Shown here piece by piece: positions 9,636 through 19,041 of a DNA stretch of 53,143 nucleotides; positions within the stretch are counted from its first letter, which is position 1, and each line of letters starts with the position of its first letter. The stretch comes from a virus. Lineage: Duplodnaviria; Caudoviricetes. Location of the stretch: positions 1 to 53,143 of the IMG/VR virus record IMGVR_UViG_3300046028_008563; one strand, given 5' to 3'. Made by a program: the position numbers and the translations under genes. The notes beneath the pieces were generated by a model. That model was not told the DNA's origin, did no database searches, and was given only the letters and a program-made list of their open reading frames with translations.

Positions 9636-11278
9636 TGCCAGCAGGTTATGATGGCGATGAGTTCGTGGGGATCGACGAGGAGTGCATCGAGCCGAACGGG
9701 GCGGCGGCGCGCTTCTGGTCCACCTACTTTGACAACGCACTGGCGAACAACATCCAATACGTCGCCGAGCTGGGGCATGAGGTGGCGTGGGCGCCGCTCA
9801 CGAACAACGGCGGCGACTACAACAACAAGGAGGGGGTGCGCCCCTACACCTCGCTCAACAGGACGTCCGTGTTTGTGGTGCCGTGGATCTTCGCCGAGGA
9901 CGTGACGCAGCTGCAGCTCGGGCTCATCGCCCGCGTCGCAGATGAGCCGGGCGACGGGCAGGGTGTGGGCGTGGCGTTGCAGCGACGCACCGCCGACCTC
10001 GCCACGATCGTGCGCTCCTCGACCACCGCCTCTCTCGGCTCCACCGTGGGCGCCTCGCCGGAGTTTCAGGACCACAAGATCCTGCTGCCCACAGGTGAGC
10101 AGGTGAGCGACGTGGTGGGCGCCGTCGCCTTCTGGGTGACGGGGGTAGCCCCCAACGCGGACCTCGCCACCACGCTCGGCGGCGGCTCACAGCGCACCTC
10201 CACGATCTACAAGGCCGACGACACCGACTTCTACCTTGACGGCTCGCTGTCAGGCCGCCCTGACGCCGACTCGCTCGATCTCCAGTACACCAGCCTGACA
10301 GGGGTAGGGACAAAGGCGGAGCACGTCTTCTATCCGCAGGGGCTTGGGAGCGCAGACGGCGAGGTGATCGGGACGCTCGGACCGACGCGCCCGGTCCCAA
10401 ACCAGCTCGCGCGTCGCGCCCTGTCGTACCTCCAGATCAAGGGCGCGACGCTGTGGCAGACCTTCACCGACGCGACGCGACCTGACGTGCAAGCCTACGC
10501 CGCCCAGCGCGCCATCGTGGGTGAGGTGGCGGTGACACACGCGCTCAGGACCGACGCGGTGTACACGCGCCCGCGGCCTGTCTGGATGGGGCCTGTGGGC
10601 TACCTCCCCGATCCCGAGGCGAGCGAGTGGCCGACAGGATACGCGTACCGCTTCGGGCGTGTGTACGGCGACAGCGCCTCGACGCAGCGCCTGATGTCCG
10701 CCTCGCTCGCGCTGGAGACGGTCAACCCGATCGTGCGGGTGATGGCGTATGTCGCGCCGCTGCACGTCTTCCCGGTGACACAGCCCGAAGGCGCAGACCT
10801 CGCAGCCCTCACCCCGCAGATCGAGTGGGAGCACACGCTTGAGCTCAAGCAGCTCGCAGACGGCGACGCCTCGTGGGCAGACGCTACACCCCTCGGCGAC
10901 GTGGACGCTGTGGTGCGCCACGCCCACCGTCCCTATGAGGAGGGCTCGCTGCTGTGTGTGACCGAGGCTGCGATCCGCTACCCGTTCAGCGGTGACCCTG
11001 CTGGACAGGGTTACGCGTACCGCGAGGGGCAGCTCTCCGAGGAGGATCTGTCGCGGCTGGAGCTCGTGAGCTTCGACATCCAGACGACCTACGACCCGAC
11101 CGCGGACCGCCCGATGCTGCTGACGTGGGACGTGCTGACCCTGAACCCGATCGAGGAGGACTGGGGCAACGTCGGGGATGAGCCCAACCCCTTCTTTCCC
11201 GACACGGAGCGGGCGCGTGACCTCGACACGCTCGGCCTCCTGCTGGTCGGCGTCACGATCTGGGAGGTGCCGCGGTGA
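9635..11278 (+). CDS. Putative minor tail protein
   Basis: 547 aa, acidic; translationally coupled within tail operon. Confidence 0.5.
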   Translation: MPAGYDGDEFVGIDEECIEPNGAAARFWSTYFDNALANNIQYVAELGHEVAWAPLTNNGGDYNNKEGVRPYTSLNRTSVFVVPWIFAEDVTQLQLGLIARVADEPGDGQGVGVALQRRTADLATIVRSSTTASLGSTVGASPEFQDHKILLPTGEQVSDVVGAVAFWVTGVAPNADLATTLGGGSQRTSTIYKADDTDFYLDGSLSGRPDADSLDLQYTSLTGVGTKAEHVFYPQGLGSADGEVIGTLGPTRPVPNQLARRALSYLQIKGATLWQTFTDATRPDVQAYAAQRAIVGEVAVTHALRTDAVYTRPRPVWMGPVGYLPDPEASEWPTGYAYRFGRVYGDSASTQRLMSASLALETVNPIVRVMAYVAPLHVFPVTQPEGADLAALTPQIEWEHTLELKQLADGDASWADATPLGDVDAVVRHAHRPYEEGSLLCVTEAAIRYPFSGDPAGQGYAYREGQLSEEDLSRLELVSFDIQTTYDPTADRPMLLTWDVLTLNPIEEDWGNVGDEPNPFFPDTERARDLDTLGLLLVGVTIWEVPR

Positions 11279-11868
11279 GCAAGACAACCAACGCGCTCTA
11301 CGATCCGCCCTCGCTGGTGCGGTACTCGGCGGGCGAGCAGATCCTGTACCCCGACGCGTCGGCGCTCGTGAGGAACGGGCACCACCTGTGGAGCCGCGCA
11401 GGCGCCCGCGCCCCGCTGCTCACCAAGACCCTCAACCCGTTTGAGACGACGTCTGCCACGCTCACCGCGAGCGACGACGGCCCGGATGGGCTTGACCTCA
11501 CCCGCACCGACACGGCGATCCAGCTGCTGCGCCCCGTCGTGGTGTCTGGCAACACGCGCCATCAGCTCATCTGGCGCGTCTACGGGCGCGACTTCGTGGT
11601 GCGGCTCTCGGTGTATGCACCAGACGGGGCCACCCTGCTCACCACACAAGACCTGACACGGGCGGCGGCGGCGGGCTGGGGCTGGTCCACAGGCACGATC
11701 GACCTGACCCCCGCACAGGTGGGCGACGGTGGCGTGGGAGGGGCAGCGCCGCGGATGATCGGCCTCTCGCTCACGGCGCGTCGTGAGACGACCAAGGCGG
11801 AGCTGTGGCAGGCGTGGGCGCAAGAGGTGGTTGCAACGGCATCAAGCTACCTGCCCACAGGAGCATGA
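11275..11868 (+). CDS. Putative minor tail protein
   Basis: GTGA overlap; tail operon. Confidence 0.45.
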   Translation: MSKTTNALYDPPSLVRYSAGEQILYPDASALVRNGHHLWSRAGARAPLLTKTLNPFETTSATLTASDDGPDGLDLTRTDTAIQLLRPVVVSGNTRHQLIWRVYGRDFVVRLSVYAPDGATLLTTQDLTRAAAAGWGWSTGTIDLTPAQVGDGGVGGAAPRMIGLSLTARRETTKAELWQAWAQEVVATASSYLPTGA

Positions 11869-12231
11869 TCAGTAGCAGTAGCGGCGGTCACCAGGCGCGA
11901 TGTCGAGGCGGGGCGACGGCGGACCCCCGGAGCCGCCGTCATCACAGGTCAGCAACATGCGGTCGTTCCCCTTGCCGCAGAACACGGTGCCCACCCACTC
12001 CCCCTCGACCTCATAGGGCCAGCCCGAGCATGTGTCTGTGCAGTAGACCCGGCCTGTACCCTCAAGGCGGACCTTCACAAAGAAGCGCCCATCGATGTCG
12101 CAGGAGGCGTCAAGCGCCTCCATGCCGAGCAGCGTCGGCGTCCAGTCGCGGGGCTTCGGCTCCTCGACATCTTCACCACACGCGCTGACCAGCAGCGCAC
12201 CCATCACAAAAACCATCACGAGTCGTCTCAT
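11869..12231 (-). CDS. Lipoprotein (moron-like; possible superinfection exclusion)
   Basis: MRRLVMVFVMGALLVSA|C lipobox signal; AGGAGGT RBS; antisense to tail operon; Cys-rich mature part. Confidence 0.75.
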   Translation of the reverse strand: MRRLVMVFVMGALLVSACGEDVEEPKPRDWTPTLLGMEALDASCDIDGRFFVKVRLEGTGRVYCTDTCSGWPYEVEGEWVGTVFCGKGNDRMLLTCDDGGSGGPPSPRLDIAPGDRRYCY

Positions 12232-12252
12232 CGCAGACCTCCTGTGAGAGCG

Positions 12253-12280
12253 ATCATGCACCCCGCTGCGTGATCGTCAA
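12253..12280 (-). promoter_or_regulatory. Candidate sigma70-type promoter for the lipoprotein gene
   Basis: TTGACG-N16-CATGAT on the minus strand just upstream of the RBS. Confidence 0.4.
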
Positions 12281-12305
12281 GACACCACCCTGTAAGGAGC
12301 CCGTC

Positions 12306-12719
12306 ATGCCTACTGCCTACAAGCGCCGCAAGCCCTCTCCCACCAACACCACCGTGGTCGCCGCTGGTGATGGCGCCGTCACCACGATCGATCTCGCAGG
12401 CTCCGCCATCCCGATCCCGCTCGATGCTGAGGATGCGCTGCTCGCCGCCGCCGATCGAGGCTGGATTGACCTGCGCGGGCAGCGCTCGATCTTCGCCAGC
12501 GGCAGCGCGGCCGGAGCGCAGGCGACCTTCACGGCGCAGATCAAGGCCCACAAGGATGCGCCCGCCGTCGCGCTCGCGCTCACGGACGGCGTGGTCGCCA
12601 GCGGCGCACACGAGATCCTGATCGATGCCGACTCGCGAGCGGCCTTCATCCGCTTCCTCGTCGCTGGCACGGCCTCGCCAGGCGTCAATATGGCGAACCT
12701 CTACTTCGTCACCAAGTGA
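12306..12719 (+). CDS. Hypothetical virion protein
   Basis: AAGGAG RBS before ATG at 12306; beta-rich. Confidence 0.6.
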   Translation: MPTAYKRRKPSPTNTTVVAAGDGAVTTIDLAGSAIPIPLDAEDALLAAADRGWIDLRGQRSIFASGSAAGAQATFTAQIKAHKDAPAVALALTDGVVASGAHEILIDADSRAAFIRFLVAGTASPGVNMANLYFVTK

Positions 12720-12728
12720 GACTTCATC

Positions 12729-13052
12729 ATGGGAAATATGACGCTCGCCCCTCGCTATCAGGGCGAGGCGGTGGATCTGGTCCTGACGTGCACGGCGTCG
12801 GGCACCCCGATCGATCTGACCGGGGCCACGGTGGTGGCGCGGATCGGCGTGCGGGGCAACGAGCTCATCAAGAGCCCCACCGTCACGCTCACCACGCCTG
12901 CCGCTGGCGTGATCACCGTGGCGCTCGCCGCCGCCGACACCCAGCTCGCGCCCGGCGCCTACACGCTGGAGGTGCGGCGCACCTCTGGATCGCCGCTCAC
13001 GCTCGCCGTGGGCACGCTCACGATCCTCGACTCACTCTTCTTTGAGGGCTAA
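12729..13052 (+). CDS. Ig-like/BppU-N-like tail accessory protein
   Basis: YQGE...GTPIDLTGATV...G.I.V.L..ADT...GAY.LEV pattern. Confidence 0.6.
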   Translation: MGNMTLAPRYQGEAVDLVLTCTASGTPIDLTGATVVARIGVRGNELIKSPTVTLTTPAAGVITVALAAADTQLAPGAYTLEVRRTSGSPLTLAVGTLTILDSLFFEG

Positions 13053-13055
13053 ACC

Positions 13056-14054
13056 ATGGCGACTGAGACGATCACGGTCAACGTGGGCGGCCAGCCCGCG
13101 CTTGCTGTCGCGGTGGAGGTGGAGCAGGTCAGCGGCACCGCCCCGCCCGACTTTGTGGCGACGCTGCGGGGTCTGTCGCCCGGCGACGACGTCCCGATCA
13201 ACACCTACGCGACCGACCTCGATACCTATGTGACGGGCATCGACGAGGCGCAAGACCTGCTCGACGCCGCGCAGGCCGCGGGAGACGTCGCGACTGCGAT
13301 CGCGCTGCTGTCGGGCAGCGCGCCTGCGACCTTCGCTGACCGCGCCGACGCGCTCATCGACGGCGATACCGCGGTGATGATCGTCCCCACCCCTGCCGCC
13401 TCGCCATACCTCACAGACCTCGTGGGGGCGATCGCGAGCGGCGGGTGGTCTGCCGCGCTCACGATCCTCGCAGGCACGGAGGCGGGTGGCTACGCAGGCC
13501 GCAGCGGCACCTCCACGACGGTGGGAGCAAGCGGCCCCGTGCAGATCCCAGGGGCAAGCTCGATCCACCTCGTGATGAGTGATTTGTCCAGCGGGGGCAG
13601 CGTCGGCTACCTCGCGTCCGTATCGGGCGCCGGGGAGACCGAGGCAGCAAACTACCTGTGGTCAATCGAAGCCCAGCCAACGATTTACGGCTACTTTGCC
13701 GAGACAGGGGCAGGCTCCAATCAGAGCGCGACGTGGACGCGCACGATGTCCGCCGCCAAGTCGCGGACGGTGCTCCTGAGCCTCACCCGCTCCTCCTCCG
13801 GGCGGCTGCGCCTGTACGAAAACGGCACGCTGCTCACGGCCACAGCGGTGAGCGGATCAGGCGGCAGCGTCGGCCCGGCAGGGGCTTACGTCGATCTGCC
13901 GCTCCCCACGGGCGGCTCCTCCTCACAGCTCTGGTGGGGGTCTGACCCCACCGAGCCAAGCCCCAGCGCAGAGATATCCCTGATCGGGATCTACGACGTG
14001 GAGCACGACGCGACCAAGGTCCTCAGCGTGGCGCAAGCGCTGGGCTTTGCCTGA
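13056..14054 (+). CDS. Tail-associated protein with C-terminal LamG/concanavalin-like domain
   Basis: LSLTRSSSGRLRLYENG and ISLIGIYD motifs. Confidence 0.55.
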   Translation: MATETITVNVGGQPALAVAVEVEQVSGTAPPDFVATLRGLSPGDDVPINTYATDLDTYVTGIDEAQDLLDAAQAAGDVATAIALLSGSAPATFADRADALIDGDTAVMIVPTPAASPYLTDLVGAIASGGWSAALTILAGTEAGGYAGRSGTSTTVGASGPVQIPGASSIHLVMSDLSSGGSVGYLASVSGAGETEAANYLWSIEAQPTIYGYFAETGAGSNQSATWTRTMSAAKSRTVLLSLTRSSSGRLRLYENGTLLTATAVSGSGGSVGPAGAYVDLPLPTGGSSSQLWWGSDPTEPSPSAEISLIGIYDVEHDATKVLSVAQALGFA

Positions 14055-14079
14055 CCACCACAACCCATAAGGTGACGTA

Positions 14080-14397
14080 ATGACTGCACTTAATACGACA
14101 TTGGTGATAGGGGAGGATCGAGAGCTGACCCTTGACCTCAAGGAGTCGGACGGCACCACCGCGCTTGTCGTGGCGGGCTGGACGATCGAGCTGAGGCTTG
14201 GATCTGGCACCGCCTCACGCCTCACCAAGGCGCTCGCGGTCGATGGCGGGGTCACCGGGCGCGTCTCGTGCGACTTCACCCCCTCGGAGCTCGTCGCGGT
14301 GGGCTCAGGATCGGCGCAGTACAGCGTGTGGCGCACAGACGCCGGGGCACGCACGTTGCTCGCCCACGGCACCGTCACCGTGCTGGAGGTGCTCTGA
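14080..14397 (+). CDS. Second Ig-like/BppU-N-like tail accessory protein
   Basis: Same pattern as 12729-13052 (GED..L.L, G.V......SE, L..GT.T.L). Confidence 0.55.
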   Translation: MTALNTTLVIGEDRELTLDLKESDGTTALVVAGWTIELRLGSGTASRLTKALAVDGGVTGRVSCDFTPSELVAVGSGSAQYSVWRTDAGARTLLAHGTVTVLEVL

Positions 14398-14678
14398 TGT
14401 GTCGCTTCACCCTCGTCACGCGCCGCCCGCTGCTCGCCGCGCCCGTCACGACGCGCCCGCCTTACGCCGCCGCGCCGCTCACCACACGCGCTCGCCCCGC
14501 TGCCCTGCGCGTCGTGTCGCGCCTGCCGTGGGCAGCCCTCCCGCTCGCCACGCTGGCGCGCCCCGCTGCCCTGCGCGTCGTGACGCTCGCCACGCAGCTG
14601 CGCCTCCTCACCCAATCCGGCGCCTACCTCGTCACACAGGACGGCCGCCGCCTCGTCGTGGGGGTGTGCTATGCCTGA
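14397..14678 (+). CDS. Small tail-associated protein
   Basis: C-terminal LLTQSGAYLVTQDG..L motif common next to fibre genes; internal RPAALRVV duplication. Confidence 0.5.
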   Translation: MCRFTLVTRRPLLAAPVTTRPPYAAAPLTTRARPAALRVVSRLPWAALPLATLARPAALRVVTLATQLRLLTQSGAYLVTQDGRRLVVGVCYA

Positions 14679-15015
14679 CGACATCTCGATCCCCGGACTG
14701 CCAGCCGCCGCCGCCCTGACAGGTGACGAGCTGATCCCTGTGGCGCAAGGCCCCACCACGGTCAAGCTGTCCACGGGCGCGCTCGCCGCCTACGCGCAGG
14801 GCACCGCGCCGCTCACATGGACGGCGCTCGCGACGTCGTGGACGACACCCCCGACGCTCGCCGCCACCATCGCTGCGGGCCAGGTCTACGCCTACCCGCT
14901 GGGCGGCACGACGCGGTATCGGCTCGTGCCCTCACCTTACGACGCGGCGGATGACGCCTTCTATACAACTTTTGCAGGCGGCATCTTGAGCGGCCTGATC
15001 GCAGCGCGAGGCTAA
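14671..15015 (+). CDS. Tail fibre-associated protein
   Basis: N-terminal ISIPGLPAAAALTGDELIPVAQG fibre-attachment-type motif. Confidence 0.6.
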   Translation: MPDDISIPGLPAAAALTGDELIPVAQGPTTVKLSTGALAAYAQGTAPLTWTALATSWTTPPTLAATIAAGQVYAYPLGGTTRYRLVPSPYDAADDAFYTTFAGGILSGLIAARG

Positions 15016-15021
15016 AAGAGC

Positions 15022-18000
15022 ATGGCTAACCAGACAGTTACAACCGTCGTTAATTATGATGACGCTGCGATCTCCGGCCTCTTGAATGGCGAGAGCATCA
15101 CCATCAACGGCGGGACGGTCACGATCGATGCTGACGTGCGGCACAATCAGCAGGCGGCGGTCTTCGGCGCTGTGACCCTGTCCGCGTCGCTTGGCGGCTC
15201 GTTCCTGCTGGACGGTACGCGGATCTGGGAGGTGCCCTTCTCGGCGTCCACGGGCAACGTCCCGGCACAGCTGGCGCTCGGGTCCAATGGGGTCACGGGC
15301 GGCACGAGCGGCGCGACGGGTGAGCTGACGCGCGTATGGGCGACTGGCTCGCTCACACCGGCGGCGGCGGGCGGCGCGATGCCCGCGTCAGGCTACATCA
15401 AGCTTCGCAGCAAGACGGGGGACTTTGGGGTCGGCGAGGTCATCACACTACCAGGCGGCGCGACCATCACGACGTCCAGCGCGGGCAAGCGGAGCTGGAT
15501 CCACGTGGTCGGGCGAGGCACCACCACGGGCACGGCCTCGCTCCTCACGATCCCGCGCCTCGGAGTCTTTGAGGCGAACGGCGACTGGTACGAACTGGGC
15601 ACGACGAACGGCGCGGACAACCAGACGCTCCAATACCCCGTCGCCGACCAGTGCCCCGCCATCTGGATCGAGACGGCGCCTGCGTCGGGTGTCTATGAGG
15701 TCTGGCTCAATGCGGGCGACCGCTGGTCAAACGGGGCTGTAGCGCTCACGGATCGGCGCGGGATGTACTTCGGCTGCGTGACCGCCACGGGCGTCATCAC
15801 GCTCGCCCTGCGCGGCGGGAGCAATGCCGGGCTCAAGCCCCCGACAGGGTGTAGGGTCCGCATCCCCAATGTCATCATGTCGCAGGCGAACGGCACGGCG
15901 CCTGACTACAATTCAAACATCCTGCCCGCTGGTCTCACGTCTCGATACAGCTTCGTGACGACGGGCGCCGGATCCATCACGATGGATAAGGTGTCGTGTA
16001 ACTGGTATATCATTACTGCGTCAGCGTTTGGCATCGACATCACCGACAGCGGCATCGGCGGTTCTGTGTCGTTTTCGAACACAGGCACCACCATCAACAT
16101 GTCGAATTGCGGGATCGGCATCGTGGACACCGTCGCACAGACGCCCCTCGCGATCACGACAAGCTTCGGCGGTGGCACGCTCACCGACGTCTTCTGCTCG
16201 CGTCGATTGGGCGCCACCAACTCCTTCAATGTCGTGCTGACAGATACGGCAGACTTCACGCTAACGCGCTGTCGGTCTGACGTTTTTGGTGCTGTAACCA
16301 CGAACGTCCCGATCGTGTCACATTCGTGTTTTGAGACGGCGCGTGCCATCAACACGACGATGGTGGACTGTGTCGCGATCGGCGGAATCGGCATGGACGC
16401 ACAGCCCGCCTTCGGACTGAGCATCACGGGCCTGCGCTACGCCTCCCGCACGATCGGCACGACGCAGACCTCGGAGACGGCCGCTGCCATCAGCGCGGGC
16501 GTCGGGTCTACTGATCTCTTTGTGGACGGCTACGACAACTTTGACAATGTCGCAAACGTCCACCCTTATGCCAACATCATCCTCACCGCATCCGGCATGA
16601 ATGCTGTGGAGATCCGCAATATTGGCACGCCCGCTGCCCCCTATAATATGGGAACCGCCAACCCGTGCGGCGTGGTGCTCAGCGCGAACGTGACACGCAG
16701 CGTGATCGTGCGGCGCGTCTACACGCAGAACACGCGCACGGCGCCCTTCGGGGTGGCAAATACTGTGCAGGGGTTTGAGGTGTATAACTTTTGGGGTGAC
16801 GGCGCCGACGCTCAGGCGAACGCGGCGATCAACTCGACGATCCGCGGCGGGCGCTACACCCCGGCAACCACGGGCCAGGTGGCAGTCTACGGCACGCACT
16901 GGCAGGACATGTGGGTGTCGACGACGGCAGGGCGCCTGATCATCGCGTGCAACGAACCCACTGCTGACACGGCGGATCAGTGCACCTTCACGCTCAACAC
17001 GGCGTCGGGCTCTGGCTTCACCAGCGCGGGCAACGTGAGTATGAAAACGCTCACCGATTCAGTCACTTGGGAGATGCCATACTATGCGCTTGGCATCACA
17101 GGATTTGCTGCTGTGGCCCCGACGATCACAGGTACAAATGCTGGAAATCACACGTTCGATTTTCAGTATGACTTGAACGACGGTGCGGGCTATAACGGCA
17201 CATGGCTCACCCTTAACTCGACAAACCTGTCTGCGATCACGGTGGACCCTGCTGACGGCGTCAAGCTCAAGGTACGGGCCACGGTCAACACGGCCAATAC
17301 AGGCAACCTGTTGACATACATCCGCATTGACACCGTCACCAACTCGGTCGCGCAGCAAACAGAGTACCCGCTCCCGGTGGTGCTCAACACCGCTCAAGTC
17401 ACGAATATCCTGACGGGCTCGCGTATCCGCGTGTACAACACCACGACGGCGACTGAGATCGCAAATGAGATCGTCGTGGGCACGTCGTGGACGCTGCTCT
17501 ACGTCGAGGGCGCGGGCTTCACGTCGGGCGACGTCCTCAATATCAGGCTGACCCGCTGCGATGGTGCCACCGCCTCGCTTGGCTTCCAGGCGACAGCGAT
17601 CGCGGGGGCGTCGGGCTGGTCACTCTTCGCCGCGCAGATCAACGATACGGTGTACGCCACGAACGCGATTGACGGCAGCGCTGTTGACGAGTTCACACTC
17701 GACTATCCGAATGTGCAAGTCGACATTGACGACCCGGACGGCACAAGCACAATCACCCGCCTATATGCGTGGTTTGTCAATGAGCTGACCACCGAGCAGG
17801 GTATCAGAACACTCGTGGGTGGGCTGTTCGCTGAGGACGTGGCAAACTATAGAATCAACGCCAGCGTCCTGAATCTCAAGCTCGACAATGTGGCGGCGAC
17901 GGGTGTGCAGTTTGTCGGCGACCTGCGCCTCTACCGCGACGATGGCGCCTCGCCTGTGGTCGCGACCACGACGGGCGGCGGCTCGATCGTGCTCTTTGCT

Positions 18001-19014
18001 GGCAAGGTCTACACGGTGGAAGGGGGCGGCGGCGGCGGCGGTGCGACGGCGCTGGAGATCTGGACATACAGCTCTCGCACCCTGACCGCGAACCCCGGCC
18101 CCACAGCAGCGGCCACGGCGTCTGCTGTCCGCACTGAGCTCGCAACGGAGCTGGCGCGTGTGGACGTGGCGACCTCTACACGGCTCGCCACGGCGGGCTA
18201 CACGGCGCCGGACAACGCCTCGATCAGCGCGATCCTCGTGGACACGGGCACCACCCTCCCGGCGCAGATCGCAGCGCTCCCAGCTCCGCTTGACGCCACG
18301 GCGACACAGGCCGCCGCCGCCGCCGCCTTGACTGCCTATGACGCTGCGACTGCAGCCGACCTGACCCCGCTCGCGACTGCCTCAGCGGTGGCCGCGATCC
18401 CCACCACCCCGCTGCTCACGGGTGATGCGCGACTGAACAACCTCGACACGCCGATCTCGAGCCGCCTCGCCACCGCTGGCTACACCGCGCCGCTCAACTC
18501 TGGAGCGACGCAGGCCGCCGCCGCCGCTGCCCTGACGGCTTATGACGCCGTGACTGCAGCCGACCTCTCAGGGCTCGCCACCGCAGCCGCCGTGGCAGCG
18601 ATCCCCACGACGCCGCTGCTCACGGGCGACACGCGGCTTGACGCGCTGGACGTGGCGATCTCCAGCCGCCTCGCAGCTGCGGACTATGACGCGCCGCTTG
18701 ATGCGACAGCGACACAGGCGGCGGCGGCGGCGGCGCTCACCGCTGCGGAGCCGCTGGATGCCAATGTGACGCAGGTCGCGGGCGGCGCGGTGGCAGGCGT
18801 AGCGGACTTCCGCGCTGACCTGACGGGCGTGCTGGCGGCCATCGCAGCGCTCCCTGAGGAGGTGCGCACAGAGCTCGCCGTGGAGCTGGCGCGGATCGAT
18901 GTCGCCACCTCGACAAGGGAGTCCAACACCAACGCCCTCTCTCGCGCCACCACGATCAACGAGGGCGTCCAGAAGGCCTCGCTGCTCATCCCGCACACCG
19001 GCTCGATCACCTGA
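15022..19014 (+). CDS. Large tail fibre/receptor-binding protein (1330 aa)
   Basis: Thr/Gly/Asn-rich with a beta-helix-like centre and C-terminal Ala-rich repeats; lower GC in the middle. Confidence 0.75.
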   Translation: MANQTVTTVVNYDDAAISGLLNGESITINGGTVTIDADVRHNQQAAVFGAVTLSASLGGSFLLDGTRIWEVPFSASTGNVPAQLALGSNGVTGGTSGATGELTRVWATGSLTPAAAGGAMPASGYIKLRSKTGDFGVGEVITLPGGATITTSSAGKRSWIHVVGRGTTTGTASLLTIPRLGVFEANGDWYELGTTNGADNQTLQYPVADQCPAIWIETAPASGVYEVWLNAGDRWSNGAVALTDRRGMYFGCVTATGVITLALRGGSNAGLKPPTGCRVRIPNVIMSQANGTAPDYNSNILPAGLTSRYSFVTTGAGSITMDKVSCNWYIITASAFGIDITDSGIGGSVSFSNTGTTINMSNCGIGIVDTVAQTPLAITTSFGGGTLTDVFCSRRLGATNSFNVVLTDTADFTLTRCRSDVFGAVTTNVPIVSHSCFETARAINTTMVDCVAIGGIGMDAQPAFGLSITGLRYASRTIGTTQTSETAAAISAGVGSTDLFVDGYDNFDNVANVHPYANIILTASGMNAVEIRNIGTPAAPYNMGTANPCGVVLSANVTRSVIVRRVYTQNTRTAPFGVANTVQGFEVYNFWGDGADAQANAAINSTIRGGRYTPATTGQVAVYGTHWQDMWVSTTAGRLIIACNEPTADTADQCTFTLNTASGSGFTSAGNVSMKTLTDSVTWEMPYYALGITGFAAVAPTITGTNAGNHTFDFQYDLNDGAGYNGTWLTLNSTNLSAITVDPADGVKLKVRATVNTANTGNLLTYIRIDTVTNSVAQQTEYPLPVVLNTAQVTNILTGSRIRVYNTTTATEIANEIVVGTSWTLLYVEGAGFTSGDVLNIRLTRCDGATASLGFQATAIAGASGWSLFAAQINDTVYATNAIDGSAVDEFTLDYPNVQVDIDDPDGTSTITRLYAWFVNELTTEQGIRTLVGGLFAEDVANYRINASVLNLKLDNVAATGVQFVGDLRLYRDDGASPVVATTTGGGSIVLFAGKVYTVEGGGGGGGATALEIWTYSSRTLTANPGPTAAATASAVRTELATELARVDVATSTRLATAGYTAPDNASISAILVDTGTTLPAQIAALPAPLDATATQAAAAAALTAYDAATAADLTPLATASAVAAIPTTPLLTGDARLNNLDTPISSRLATAGYTAPLNSGATQAAAAAALTAYDAVTAADLSGLATAAAVAAIPTTPLLTGDTRLDALDVAISSRLAAADYDAPLDATATQAAAAAALTAAEPLDANVTQVAGGAVAGVADFRADLTGVLAAIAALPEEVRTELAVELARIDVATSTRESNTNALSRATTINEGVQKASLLIPHTGSIT
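18128..18915 (+). repeat. Intragenic repeats: APL.A.ATQAAAAAALTA (x3), AVAAIPTTPLLTGD.RL (x2), VRTELA.ELAR.DVATSTR (x2)
   Basis: Visible in both the translation and the DNA. Confidence 0.85.
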
Positions 19015-19041
19015 TCCCCACCACCACCACAAGGAGACCCC

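Noticed and set aside
18128-18915. Fibre repeats as template/variable repeats of a diversity-generating retroelement
   Set aside because: No reverse transcriptase is visible, and the differences are mostly synonymous rather than adenine-specific
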